From contig OZ237746.1 in the NCBI GenBank assembly GCA_965178125.1, forward strand, positions 248,001 through 312,000: 64,000 nt of DNA, written 5' to 3'. Numbering within the stretch: the stretch's first letter is position 1; each line of letters begins with the position of its first letter. This DNA is from Bilabrum cf. latius. Lineage: Eukaryota. A model generated the notes under the pieces. That model saw only the letters and a program-made list of their open reading frames with translations, searched no databases and was not told the DNA's origin. Shown here piece by piece: positions 1 to 12,340 of this stretch. Position numbers and translations under genes: made by a program.

Positions 1-1
1 G

Positions 2-2353
2 ACGTTTGGAACCCACCGCATTGGGGCTCCGTCAGGCATGCCTGCATCTGGCAGGGCGACGCCAGGTCAGGACAAACAGGTTGCCGCTTCTAACAATGTG
101 GCGCAGGGCAGCGGGGTTCAGCCGCAGCAGGCTGGGCATGGTGGATCATACGTTGCGAACAGTAAACACCTGGTGGAGCCTTTGCTTGCCGCTGCGGCGG
201 GCTCCTTCGGAGACGGCCTGAGGATGCATCTCGACGAATCGCACGGATCTAGACGCTTCTCGATTTCTTTCGACAACTCGGTTTTGAAGCCCAGGGTGGG
301 CAAGCACCTTACCTGCGCGTGGCGGGCAGCCATTCGTTGCGCTACTCAGGAAGAACGGCCACTGAGCGACCACGTAATAAACCGCCGATCTCGCGCCATC
401 GAATTCTCCGGCGCTGATCTTCTAGATTCGATTGGCGGCGATCAGGATCTATACAGGCAAATTCGGGCGGCATATTTTGGTGCATAGGGCGTGGCTCCAC
501 CTGAGTCGGCCGCGAAGGGGACCGCGGTTGGAGGGGCAGACATGGTGCGGCGGAGAAATGGCTCAACAGATAGCATGGTCTCGGCTATCGCTCTTCGTTC
601 GCCGCCAGTGTCCTCGCAGGCCATCTCTACAGCCGCACAGCGTACGGCAATACTTTCTTCAAGTGCATCCGCAGCAATGGCGCCGCCCTCTCCAGCTTCA
701 TCGTCGCTGTCTCGCGGGCGCCTGGTCATTCCAACAGCGCCTCCACCTGAGCCGCAGTATCTTGTCCCGCAGTATCTCAGTCAGCCATTCATCAACGGAA
801 AGAATGGCACTTTTGGAGAAGGACTCACCTTGCAATTGGGCCCCACGCCAAGGTCTCCCTGGTCGATTCGGTTCGACAACCGAGTGCTCAATCCCCGCAT
901 CGGTTTCATCAAGTCGGGAGGGTGGAGAGCCGCCGTGCGCCGCGTGGCCGAATCTGAGGAGGCTATCGTGAAGAACGGAGCATCCGTCCGCGTGGTGGAG
1001 TTTAAAGGAGACGACCTGTACACTGCCCTGCGAGGATGCCGGTCCCTCCTCGCCGACCTGGGATACCAGGGAGTATCGGATCTCAGGGCAGGCTCTGGCA
1101 GGTCGATCCATGCGAGCGGTGAAGTCGAACCACCCAACCCTTCGTCTGCAAACATCGGCAACAAGCGGGGGAGGGCCAGCACCTGGGGTTCGAGCCAATC
1201 GCAGAGCGGTGGAAGCAATGCAAAGCGAGCTCGCACCCAGCCCGCATCAACAGGCACGGAAACCAGCACCAGCGTCGGGCTGAGCGATGGATGCAGTGAC
1301 ATGATTGCCGTGGCAGGCCTGCATGCCCTGGCGTCTGCCTCGGGCGGCAGCAGCCCAGCCAGCACCCCAGGCAGCGCCATCCATGGACCGTGGGCCGCGC
1401 ATGGCGATGGGCCGGGCCAGAGGGGCACGCAAGGCAGCGGGAGCGGGCAGCTGGCTGCGCACTGGCACCACCAGCACCATCAGCACCAGCATCATGGTGT
1501 CCATGCAGGCCAGAGAATGTTCCCTGGCTCATTCCCGCACCCTGGAGGCATGCTTCGTCATGGCCAGCCGTATTCCAGCTACCAGCCGCATCAGCACTTT
1601 CCTTCGTACCAGCAGCACCAGTACCAGCGAATACAGGCGGGGACAGGAATGCACCCGTTCATGAGCCAGGGCTCTGCTGTCCTCGATTTTGAGGGGACCG
1701 CGGGTGCATTGCATGGTGGCGCATCGCTGGACGCGCCAGTCCCCGGCATGAAGGCTGATCACCGGGCTCATGTGCAGGCGCAGCTGCAGATGCAACAGAT
1801 GCAGATATCTGAGAGATTGAGGCAGCTCGAGCATCTGCGAAGGATGGAAGAGTTGCAGAGGATGCAGGCACAGCTGCAGGAGCAGCAGGAGCAGCAGATG
1901 CTGCACAAGCAACGTTTACTGCAGTTTCAGCAGCAGAGCGCGCCTGCTTCTGGTGGTATGCGCAGCAATGTACTCTATGCACCAGCCCTACAATCGCCGT
2001 GGGCGCAGCCCTCCCAGGCCCCGTCTCCTGCATCAACCAGCACGATGGTGGGGACAGGACCAGCTGCCTCTGCCATGGGGGCGACTCCAACGATATCGAG
2101 GAGCGGAACACCCATGGCGCCGCAGAGTGAGGGTTCTGCATGGGTCGCTCGGAGCCACGGCGCGCCCGGTACAGCTAGGCCTGGCACTGGTGCTTTCGCT
2201 GGCGTGACGGGTGTCGCGGGGGCAGGTGGTGGGTCGGCTGACGGGAAGCACCTTGGAGCCGTGTCCGGGTCATTCGCACCCACGTCATCATCTTCATCGT
2301 CATCAGCGATGCTGCCATAGACGTCATCTTCTGGACAGGACGACAGGACCTGA
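2..2353 (+). CDS. Hypothetical Q/H/S-rich protein with two copies of an unknown ~75-aa globular domain (possibly 5'-truncated; first ATG at 38)
   Basis: ORFs 38-487 and 491-2320 are in one frame, joined by TAG; after another TAG the frame ends at TGA 2351-2353; frame is open from the window start. Repeated domain FG(D/E)GL..L....(F/W)SI.FDN.VL.PR.G......WRAA.R......R.(I/V)EF.G.DL, followed by His-rich and Gln-rich coiled-coil-like segments. Confidence 0.7.
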
Positions 2354-2598
2354 TCGCGAATCGCGATGGCCCTGAGCGCACACGTCCTCCCGGTAGGGTT
2401 CAGTGCCGCAAGGTGGCAGCTCGCGCAGGGCTAGTTCATTTATTTTCCGGTTTCTTGCGCTTCCGGATTCTTGCGCTCGCCAGTAAGCACGCGCAACGTG
2501 TACAGAACTGACTGATACGCTTATACAAATTATTCCATCACTGAGATCAAATCATACCAGAGGTCGGATTGCCTAGTAACCATTCTGAATTCGGACCG

Positions 2599-5500
2599 TC
2601 ACGCACGCCCAAGGAACACGGATGCAGGCACCTCCCTGGCGTTGTAGGTCGAGGCCATCACGCGACCGTAAGCTCCTGCGTTCACCACGACGGCAATGTC
2701 GCCAGGGGCCGTGCTGGCTGGCAGCAGGGCCTGCTCGCATACCACGTCGGCCGACTCGCAAATCGGACCCGCCGCCACGCAACGCATCGAGTGTTGTTCC
2801 CCAAGCCGACTCAGGTTTGCCACCGCGTGGTTAGCGCCGTACAGCGCCGGCCGGATCAGCGCGTTCATGCCTGCCGCAAGTCCCACGAAGGTCAGCCCGT
2901 GCTTCTGCTTCACCCTCGTGACCCGCGCGGCGAGCACCCCCGCCGGAGCAATGCAGTACCTGCCTGGCTCCATGCGGACGACGAGCGGCCGATGTTCCCC
3001 ATCCCCGCCCTCTGCCGCCGCCCCCCCTCGCTTCTATAGCAGCTCCTGAAACCTAGGTCCGGCGAGTGCCCCTTGGATCTCGCGATTCACAGCAGCGACA
3101 TCCAGAGGCTCCTGACCCGCCTTCTCGACCACGCCCAGGCCGCCGCCAAGCCCGACCCACTCCAACTGCTGCACGGCCCTCGTGGGCAGCCGAAGTGCGA
3201 CCGCGGCGAGCCGAGCGGCCACAAGGCTCCAGAGCCTAGGCTTCAGCACGCCGCTGCCCACGTGGGCGTGGAGGCCGGTCAGCACGCCGCCAGCGTCAAG
3301 CACGGCCTGCACCGCCGCCGGCACATCGCCCTCGTCACACCCGAACTTCTGCTTTGGTCCAGCCGTTAGCACCTTCTTGTGGTGCACCGCATCCGCAGCG
3401 GCCTCTGTGTTCCCCGAGCTAGAGTCCGTGAGGCTGCCCTCGGGGTCCACGCGCACGGCCACCCGCTGCCCCGCGAGGACGGGTCCCAGGCCAGCCACGA
3501 TGTCCGCGCCATCCAGCACCAGGTCGAGCTGGATGGGACCAGGTGAGCTAGTCGCCGGCGCCGCAGGGGCTGCGTCACCGCTGCTCCCTGCTGCTGTTGC
3601 GGCGGCGGGGCCCATCACTCGCTGGTTCTCGGCCTACACGGCCCTGATGACGCGGGCCGCTTCTTCCACCGAGCACAGGTTAGGGGAGAACTGGATTCGA
3701 AACCGAGTCCCGCCTGAGCTAGCTTCTCCGGTGCTTGCACTGCCGCTTGACATGGCCCCCGCCCTTCCGCCAGCCGTGCCCCCAACCTCACCGTGCCCTG
3801 CCTTTGCCCCTGTGACGGCAGCTGCCACCGACCTGGGGCTGCTGCTCGCCCCACCTGAAAGCAGTGAGGCCGGCTTGACCGGCTCCCCGCAATCGGCACC
3901 CGCACTGCCTGTTCCCTGCGCCAGCCCCGGCAGCATGCCAGTCTCCCGCGCGGCTCTCAGCGCGAGCCTCACCTCCTGCTCGCTCACGCACTCCATCCCG
4001 ATGCCCAGCACCGCAAGGGCACGGAGCACCTCGGCTGAGTCGTTGGCCTTGACGGCGTAGAACAAACCGCCCCCGGCTGTCACGGTCAGGGCCCCAAGCA
4101 GCCTTTGCGCTCTGCGGCGAAGCACAGCCAGGTCATACACAAAGGCAGCACCGGAGCCGCCCCTGGACTCCACGCGCTCCGTGGCAGCAAGCGACTGCGC
4201 GATCCGATTGGCCGCCTCTGGCTGGCTCCACCACGGGTCTTCGCACTGGTCCTTGGCCGGGCAAGCTGAGTCGGCGCTTGTGCCCGATGGGGCCTCTGGG
4301 GCGGCCTCTGTGCTGCTTCCTGCGGCGGCAGGCGGTCGTGGAGGAGCAGCGCGCTGTGGGCTCGGCGCACTTGGGGCCTGGCCTGCGCCTGCACCTGCGT
4401 GCGGCGCGTTTTGTTCCGACCTGACCGACGAATCCTCGGTCGCTGCGGGATCGGCAGCACCTGCAGAGCCCACGCTGGACGGTTCCAGCTACAGCGGGCC
4501 AGGTCCGCCTTGCCCCGCATCGGCCGGTGGGACCTGAAGCATGACCGCGGATGGGCTGGTCTTGCCCGCTGCCACGAGGTCCATCCACCTGGGCCCGAAT
4601 AGGGAGGCGTCTTCGATGTCGTCGGCGGGGGCCTCTTCCGAGCCCGTGTATGCCCTTCCCCCGTGCTCCAGCAGTGCTCCGTGGAGGGAGGCCACGAGGG
4701 AGTCGGCCCTGCCCTCATCCACCACGAATGACATGTTCAGGTCCTCTGCCGCCTCGGAGACCATGTGCACGGCCACGCCATCCAGCGCCTCCATCGCCCG
4801 GCCCAGGCGCGGCAGTGCCATGCGCAGCCTCCTACCCACCACCGACACCACCGAGCACGGCGACCGCACCACCACGCGGGCCAGCTTGCTCAGGGACGCG
4901 GTCAGTCGCCTCAGCTGCGGGCCATGCAAACCGCCTGGCACAGACTCGAGCGTGATGGACACCGCGTACTGACTCGTGGCCAGCAAGTCAACGGACACCT
5001 GGTGCTGGGCAAACACGTTGAACACCTTGGCTAGGAATCCAACCGCACCCCACATACCGAACGTGGACACCGTCAGCAAGATCACGTCCTTCCGGCGCGC
5101 CACTGCCAGCACGAGAGGGGGCTTCGTGGACCGCCCGTGCCCACCGTCCCCGCCACCCCCGTCCGCCCTGTGATCCGGCGCCTGCTGCAGGGTGTTGCCG
5201 TCGAGCCCTGGGAGGTAGGTGTGGCTCCCGGCAGAGGCCGGCAGCAGAGGGCTCCCCTCTTTGGAAGAGGCCCCCTTGGCCCCCTCGGCGCTGCTTCCCA
5301 GGGGGGGAGGAAATCCGTAAGGGGTGTCGATCCCGTCATCCTAGTAGGCGGTCCCGTCCAGGCTCGTGGCCACGGATCCGGAGCCAACGGTGGAGTTCCC
5401 GTCGTCACCCCCGCCCCTTCCCCAGTCATCGAACCGAGGCGCCCCATCGTCCCCGTCGTCGTCGCCTGTTCTCGAGTCCTCCCATCCCTCCTGCCTCCTC

Positions 5501-7182
5501 TCCCTCGCCCTCCGCGCGGGCCGCCTCTTGGGCCCGATCCACGTGCCCCCCGCCTTGGGGTCCATCGTGTTGCGGATCTCCACGGGGACACCCGCCCTGG
5601 AGGCGGGGCCCAGGCACCTTGGATGCAGCACCTTGGCCCCCATGGCGGCCAGCTCCTGCGCCTCGCGGTAGGACATGTGCCTGAGGAGACGCGCGGCGCT
5701 CACCCGCCTCGGGTCCGCCGTGAACATGCCGTGCACGTCCGTCCAGATCTCAAGCTTGCGGGCCTGGATCAGCGCGGCAAACAGAGCCGCCGAGGTGTCC
5801 GACCCCCCCCTCCCCAGGAGGCACGTGTCCCCAGACGGGGTCGAGGCGATGAACCCCTGAGTGAGCACCACCTCCTGGTTCCTGCTCGCGGCCTCCGCTC
5901 GGTCCACCGCTGACCTGGGGAACACGTTCGCCTCCAGGTACACGTCGTGCATGTCCCGAACGGCGCCGTCATCCTCGTCCTCCTCGCCGTCGTCGCTCCC
6001 CGGGGCAGGCCCGTTCAGCATGAAATTGGGACCGATAGCCCCCGGAGGGTGCGTGGCACCGTACCCTGGGGACGCGATGGGGTGCGGGTGCATTCCCCCG
6101 GGGGTGTTGGGGTCATCCCCTAGCCCTCCCCCGAGGGCAAGCCCGACGTTGCCGGAGCCGACACCCGCACCCGCACCCGCACCGCCGCTGCTCAGCTGCG
6201 GGTCGGATTGCGAGGCTCGGAGAACAGCGGCTCGGAGCAGGTCCTGTGACGAGTGCCTCCGGGACGAGTGGTCGCCAGCCCCTGCCGCCGCGCCGCCTCC
6301 GCTGTTCCCTGCCGCCGCCGCGGCCGCCTGCTCCTCCAGCTCCCCCTCGAATAGCACGTCCTTGGAGCCCCCGAATCCCTGCCAGGCATCCCTCTGGGCG
6401 GAGGGGGCCCCCGCCCCCGCAGAGGGGGCATCGTGGACGCTGCGGAGGAGGCTGCGGGCGTCCACGCGGGCCACCCCCATGCCTCTCGACCGGAGCAAAG
6501 CGGCGCCCATTGCGGAACTCATCATCTCGCCGTAGGCGGTCACGCGCGCCCGCAGGCGCGGTGACGCTTCCTGCGTCAGGTGCGCCCCCTGCAGGAGCCG
6601 CCTGAGGTCTGCCAGTAGGCTCTCCACGACGGGGGGTGCTCGCCAGCCGAGCGCGTCTTCCTGCTTCTCGGACTTTGATTCGGCCACGGCGGCGGCCGAG
6701 CTCTCCTCGCCCCAGTCCTCCCAGGATGCAGCGACAGCGGGCGAGGCTCGGCCGTCGGATTTCGAATCGTCGGCCTTGAACACCAGCGCTACTTGCTGCG
6801 GCGGCAGAGGCATTGGATTGCCCAAGCCCATGTCTCGCGCGAGCCTGCGGTGCTGCCGCCTGATCCATCGCCACTGACGCAGATAACTCTACAGTTCCTA
6901 TTGATGACCGCTACCTGTGCTGCGAGCGTCCGAGTCTGCTCTAGGAGTGGCGGCGAACGGTGATGACGCTCCAGAGTCTGGCGGCTGCTCCATCACATCA
7001 TCTAGGCTCTTGATCAATCTATTCGTGACCTGGGACAGAGCTGATACTACAATCCAAACTCTGTTTCTAGGAAGTAGCTCCTAGACGCGCTGAATGATCA
7101 CTTCCCAGGTTGTTGGACTGGCGACCGAAGTTCCTCCAAACTTGAGCACCACCCACGGACGAGTCGGCTTGTGCGCAGTCAT
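2599..7182 (-). CDS. lysAC: Bifunctional aspartate kinase / diaminopimelate decarboxylase (~1527 aa, intronless, many low-complexity insertions)
   Basis: One frame from ATG 7182 to TGA 2599 through at least seven TAG codons. AK motifs WVVLKFGGTS, VVSALSQVTN, QGFIA..LGRGGSDTSAA, WTDVHGMFTADPR, GAKVLHP, then ACT domains. DAPDC motifs FYAVKAN, HVGSG, GGGLG, EPGRY, GPICESAD, GAYGRVMASTYN. Confidence 0.93.
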
Positions 7183-7930
7183 CAGCGAGCCGTAACTGCC
7201 AGTTCCCTGATTATTATCCTAACTGCCTGCTCGAAACGACATCGGTGGGCCGAGGCCGGCGACTGTGAAATGAATCTCGCACCTCGGGGCTGGTCCGAAT
7301 CCTTGCGACGGCCCGTCGCCGCCGCGACGTGTCTTCCGTCACGGTGTGCCTGCGGAACCACTGTTCGTCCTGCTCTCAACGGCGCAGCAGGCCGCCTGCC
7401 ACCCATGCATAAACCTAAGCATCTTACAACGCATAGCCCTCTGCACGCAGTGCATGCTCGGGCTCGGTCTCGACCCGGGACGTAGACGACCACGGCCCGC
7501 TGTGAACCTGCCCCGGTCCAGCGGTTTTCTGTGGGGCGTCTGGGGGTCGACGCTGGGAGTCTAGACGAAATTCATGCCGCCCAACTGTGTTTCATTGAGT
7601 ATCGTACGGCATTTTGATGCCTCTTGTTGGACCTCGTCGCACTGTCAGCTCCCAAGCGGGACTCCATCGGATCCACGGCTGGGTCGGCCCGCCGGAACCG
7701 AAGCCCGGCCTTCGGGGTTTTGCCGGCTGCTCTGCTCCGGATAGATTCCCTGTTAGGGGCCGCCTCCCTGTCCAGTAGTAGACATCATCGAAGTCTTCCT
7801 TGTGCTGTCACCGTGCTTGGCTCGTGGGCACTTGTGCCCAGCTGGCCAGGCGCTCCTTTCCCACCAGTTGCGTGCGGTTTCATCACGGACACCCGTTGCG
7901 CATTTTGCCTCTCGCTGCCCACCTGGAGGC
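7183..7930. promoter_or_regulatory. Probable bidirectional promoter region between divergent lysAC and kinesin genes
   Basis: ~750-bp gap between head-to-head ATGs (7182 minus, 7931 plus). Positional inference only; no motif identified. Confidence 0.4.
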
Positions 7931-10900
7931 ATGGCGTCCCATGATAGCGCGAGGGAGCGCATGCAAGTGATTGCTAGAATCCGTCCCATGCTCACGCGAG
8001 AGGTGGAGTCGAAAGAGGAGTGTGCAATCGCCATTCGTGACAACGAATTGGCGGTTGCCTCCAGCACGCAGCTTAGCCCAGTAGTTTACAGACTCGACAA
8101 GGTCTTGGGCGTGGATAGAGACCAAGCTAGCGTGTTTAGCTGCATAAAGCACAACCTCGACCAGGCGCTGGACGGATTCAACACCACCGTGTTTGCGGTG
8201 AGGCTGCCGTACTGGATGGCCAATAGATCTGTCAAACCCCCGAGCTCACCCGCTTGTTTGATGCTTGATGATGCGCTCACATATTTTCTCGCAGTATGGT
8301 TAGACTGGAACAGGCAAGACGCATACCATGCTCGGCGTCGACATGTGGCAGCTGGCCCAGGACGAGCACGCCAGAATCGCAGCAGCCCCGCGCACGCCCG
8401 CCGCACCTCGCCGCGACCCGCGAACCCCACGCACGGGAGCCTCCTCCTCATCAAGTGCATTAGGGGGCGGAGTAGCATCCGCCCTGGGCGCCGACCGGCT
8501 CATGTCGCAGATGGACGGCGGCGACATGCTCGCCGACCTCATGCAGTACGAGGGCGACTTCCACCCCTCCTGGGGTCTCATCCCGCGCGCCATGGCTTAC
8601 CTATTCAGAAGGCTCACCGTCGGCGGGAGGTAGTCGAGGGGTTCCTCCCCTCGACCGGGTCACCACCCCGGTGCCCCCACTATGGGGCGGGGGGCCCTCC
8701 CCGCGGGGGTGGTCATCACCTGCAGCTACCTGGAGGTGTACGCCGAGCGGGTGTTCGACCTCCTGCGGCCCGAAACGGTAGAGAACAGAGCCCAAGTGAA
8801 GGGCCAGGGCGCGTCCACGGGCCTGGACGTGGTGCACGACAAGACCCGAGGCGTCCTCGTACCCGAGGCAGTGGCGGTGCAGGTGCAGAGCGAAGAGGAC
8901 GTGCTGAGCCTGCTGTGGGAAGGGGCCAAGAACCGGCTGCTCAGCTCAACGGACATGAACCAGCACTCGAGCAGATCACACACCATTTGGCAGGTCACCA
9001 TCCGGAGGTCGGTACAGAGGAGAACGACGCCGGGCAAGGGGACGGGGACGGGGAAGGGAAAGGGAACAACAACTAGAGCGGGCAGGGGCAGGGTAGGCTC
9101 GGCGGCCAGTGGTGCCGGCAGCGTCGCTGGTGATTCCGTGAGCGGGTCCAAGGAGGAGGAGGACGGAGACGAGGACGAGGGCGTAGAGAGCGTCGTGGTC
9201 CAGAGCAAAATAAACCTGGTGGATCTCGCTGGCAGCGAGAAGATTCGAACCCACGACCTGGAGGCCATGACTGACCGCAGGCTGGCCGAGCTGACCTCGA
9301 TCAACGCGAGTCTGTCCTGCCTCAGCAACTGCATCCGTGCCCTGGCCGACTCATCGAGAACCCACATCCCATACCGCGACTCGAAGCTGACTAGGCTGCT
9401 GCAGGATTCGCTGGGCGGCAACTGCAAGACAACGTTCGTGGTCACCCTCAGCCCGGCGAGCAGCGCCATCGACGAGACCGTCAGCACGCTCCAGTTCGCA
9501 GAGCGCGCCAAGAGGGTGGAGATGCACGCAAGCAGGAACGAGACTCTGGACGATGCATCGCTGCTCCGCAAGTACGAGCACCAGGTGCAGAGGCTCAAGA
9601 AGCTGCTCAAGGAGGCCAGGAGCAGGGCGGGCACCGGAATAGGACCGGCGTCCGCGGCTGCAGGAGGTCCTTCATCCATGTCCAGGATTGCACCCGGCGG
9701 CGCTGCCCTCATGACGGCAGACCAGCTGGCCCAGCAGGCCAGGGATGAGATCGCCGAGCTGAGATCTCAGCTGAGGGGTGCGCACGAGGAGAGGAGGCAG
9801 CAGCAGCAGGAGGTGCTCAGGCTCCGGGAGCAGCTGCACGTGGAGCAGGGGGCGAGGAGGTCGATGGTGCTGGCCAGCGTGCAGAGAGCCGGTGACGCGG
9901 TGCAGGCCGTGGTAGAGGCCTCCGGTAGCAGCTTCGGTAGTGTGCCGGGCGCGGGCGCGTTCGGAGGCCGGGGGTCTCCACCGGGATCTGCTGGACGGGC
10001 GAGCGACGGCACAAGTACTGGGTCGGGCGCAGAAGGCGGGGTGGTGAATCCGCATACGCTGCGTGCGGCAGCGGCCAAGGCGGCCGAGGCACTCAGGGCG
10101 GTGGAGGGGGATAGGGAGGCTCTGAGAAAACGGGCAGAGGTGCTGGCAGCGGACGAAGAGGACACGCAGACGAAGCGATAGGCCCTTCGGAAGTACTACG
10201 AGTGGCTGCGATCTGTGCCAACCGTGCCTGCGCTGCGTGCAGGCAGGGGCAAGGGCAGGAGCTCGGGGGGAGGCAGGCGCGGGTCATTCGGTGGAAGCAA
10301 CGGGTCCTCTGCGTCTTCGCTGAGCCCATCGGCGGTGCGGTGGGCAGAGAGGGTCTCTGTTCTCCAGGGAACAGTGGACGAGCTGGAGCAGGGCGCGCTG
10401 CTGGCCAAGGACGCAATGCAGCGGGACCTCGCCAGGCTGCAGAAGAGGCTCGAGGAGGGGGCGGCAGACCACGACAGGCTGACAGATGGGCTCAAGGGGG
10501 CACAGGAAGAGATGGAGGCTATGAGCACAGAGCTCAGGTCAGCTGCGAGCAGGGCAGATCGGGCGGAAGCGGCCCTTGTGCAGGAGAAGGAAGCGAGGGC
10601 GAAGGCCGAGAACGCCGCCACGGTGGCACATGCGCGAGCAACCGACGACGGGGACGGAAATTCAGGTGACAGCAATCCCGCCGGCGCTGGCGCCGGGGCG
10701 GGTTCCATGGCAGATGACCCGGCCAAGGCGGCCGATGTGCTGCTCGCGGCCCGCACCCAGGCGCAGGAGCAGTGGACGCACCACGTGGACAGGCGGACTC
10801 AGCGATCCTACTGGCACAGCAAGGAGAGCGGGGCCACTCAGTGGGAGAGGCCAGCGGGGCTTGACAGCGCGGTGGAGCGTGCGCTGCGGCACGAGCACGC

Positions 10901-11156
10901 GGCGGTGGTGGAGCGATTCAGGGGGCAGCTCGGGAGGCTCTTCGGGGCCGTGACTGGCGAGCTCAAGAAGTAGCTCGAGGGCATCCTCAGAAAGCACGCG
11001 CAGCAGCTGGGTAGGGATGGGGGGCAAGGGGCGCAGGCTGCAGCCGAGCTGCTCGCTGCCGCCGCCGGGGATGAAACGGACAAGTACTGCAAAGAGACGC
11101 AGGCAGCTCTCGACCGTGAAGTGAGCTTGCTGGCTGCAAGCATGGCCTTGCGTTAA
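7931..11156 (+). CDS. Kinesin motor protein with coiled coil and C-terminal WW domain (exons 7931-8197 and 8295-11156)
   Basis: VIARIRP; spliced P-loop FA|YG(TAG)TGTGKTHTM; SYLEVYAERVFDLL, MNQHSSRSH, NLVDLAGSE, HIPYRDSKLTRLLQDSLGGNCKT; WW-like QWTHHVDRRTQRSYWHSKESGATQWERP; ends TAA 11154-11156. Confidence 0.93.
8198..8294 (+). other. 97-nt spliceosomal GT-AG intron in the kinesin gene
   Basis: GTGAGG donor and pyrimidine-rich TTTTCTCGCAG acceptor; removal reconstitutes the canonical kinesin FAYGQTGxGKT motif. Confidence 0.9.
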
Positions 11157-11640
11157 TTAACCTCGGATTATTGATCCCGCGGATCCGATGTTTGGAGGAT
11201 CCTGGTTACACGAAACGCACCTTAAACCACTCATTCTATCGGATACGTATTTGAAAGGTTCATTTTAATCAATTGTATTGGATCCTTGGGCTCCAAAGTG
11301 ATCCGGGGTCCAAAGCAGGAGAGAGGCCATTACGCCTGACTGTACTGCTGCATCGCAGCAACTACTTGGACGATCTCAACTTGGCCGCGTAGGCACCTCG
11401 GCCCAGGCACAACTTTGACCGGCTTGGTGAAGTCCCCAGACCCCACCACTTTGACACTTGCGTCGTGGACATCCTACGCGAGTTCACGGAGGGCGCAACA
11501 TGCTAGGTACCTAGGGCGATGGCCACCGGAGTCTCGAAGCTAAAGCAGCGTGGGAATGGCTTCCGAGACTACAAGAGATCGCCGGGACCACGCTCCGCTT
11601 CTTACGAGCTTGTCTACCGCCGCAGCCAAAATACATGCAC

Positions 11641-12340
11641 CGGCTTGCACCAGCACTCAGCCACTCCCACCGCCAGCCGCACCCCAAGCGCTCCTCACTG
11701 GCACAATCCCTAGGCGGACCAGAAGGTCACTGATGCCCTGGCTGGTCGCAGCCTTAGCGACTGCCGTCTGTAGCCCAGTGGACCCCCGGGCCACGCAGCG
11801 CAGGATAGTCTCCACGGCCTTCCGCGCTTTGACAGGCGTGCGCTCTCCCATGTACACCTGCACCAGCCTCGCAAGCACGCCGTCCGTCGATGCGATCGCT
11901 TGCTTGACCGCGCATGGACCGGACACAAATTTCGACAGTGCGCTGATCGCTGCACTCGCCTGAGGAGCGGGCCCAGGTGAAAGTAGCTTGCTCGCAATGG
12001 CAGGCATTGCCCCTGCCTGCAGCACGGCTGCAGCGATCTCGGGAGAGCCCCCGGCCAGCCAAGCGAGAGTAGCAGCAGCCGTGTCCCAGGTGGAGCCAGA
12101 GCTGTGCCCCAGCAGCCGCACCAGCTCGGGCACAGCACCCGCCTCAAGCATGGCTCGCTTGACCGGCATGGCCCCGCATGCCATGGTCTCGAGGAACTCG
12201 ACCGTGATGACCACGATGACGGGGTCCTGGGACTGCAGCAGGGGCAGCATGGCCGGGATAGTCTCTGCTTTCGCAAGCGACTGGCGGACGTCGTCACCAC
12301 CGCTGGAGAGTCTGCCCAGGCATGCAGCGGCTCGCTTGGC
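11641..12340. repeat. ~700-bp near-identical duplicate of 18232-18931 (3' ends of ARM paralogs A and B)
   Basis: Direct comparison at offset 6591 shows only scattered substitutions; the flanks diverge abruptly. Confidence 0.95.

Noticed and set aside
3182-9712. Long antisense/alternate-frame ORFs over lysAC and kinesin (e.g. 3182-4060, 5137-5913, 8726-9712, 3' part of 7802-9076)
   Set aside because: Shadow ORFs expected in very GC-rich coding DNA; the opposite or alternate frame carries the conserved motifs.
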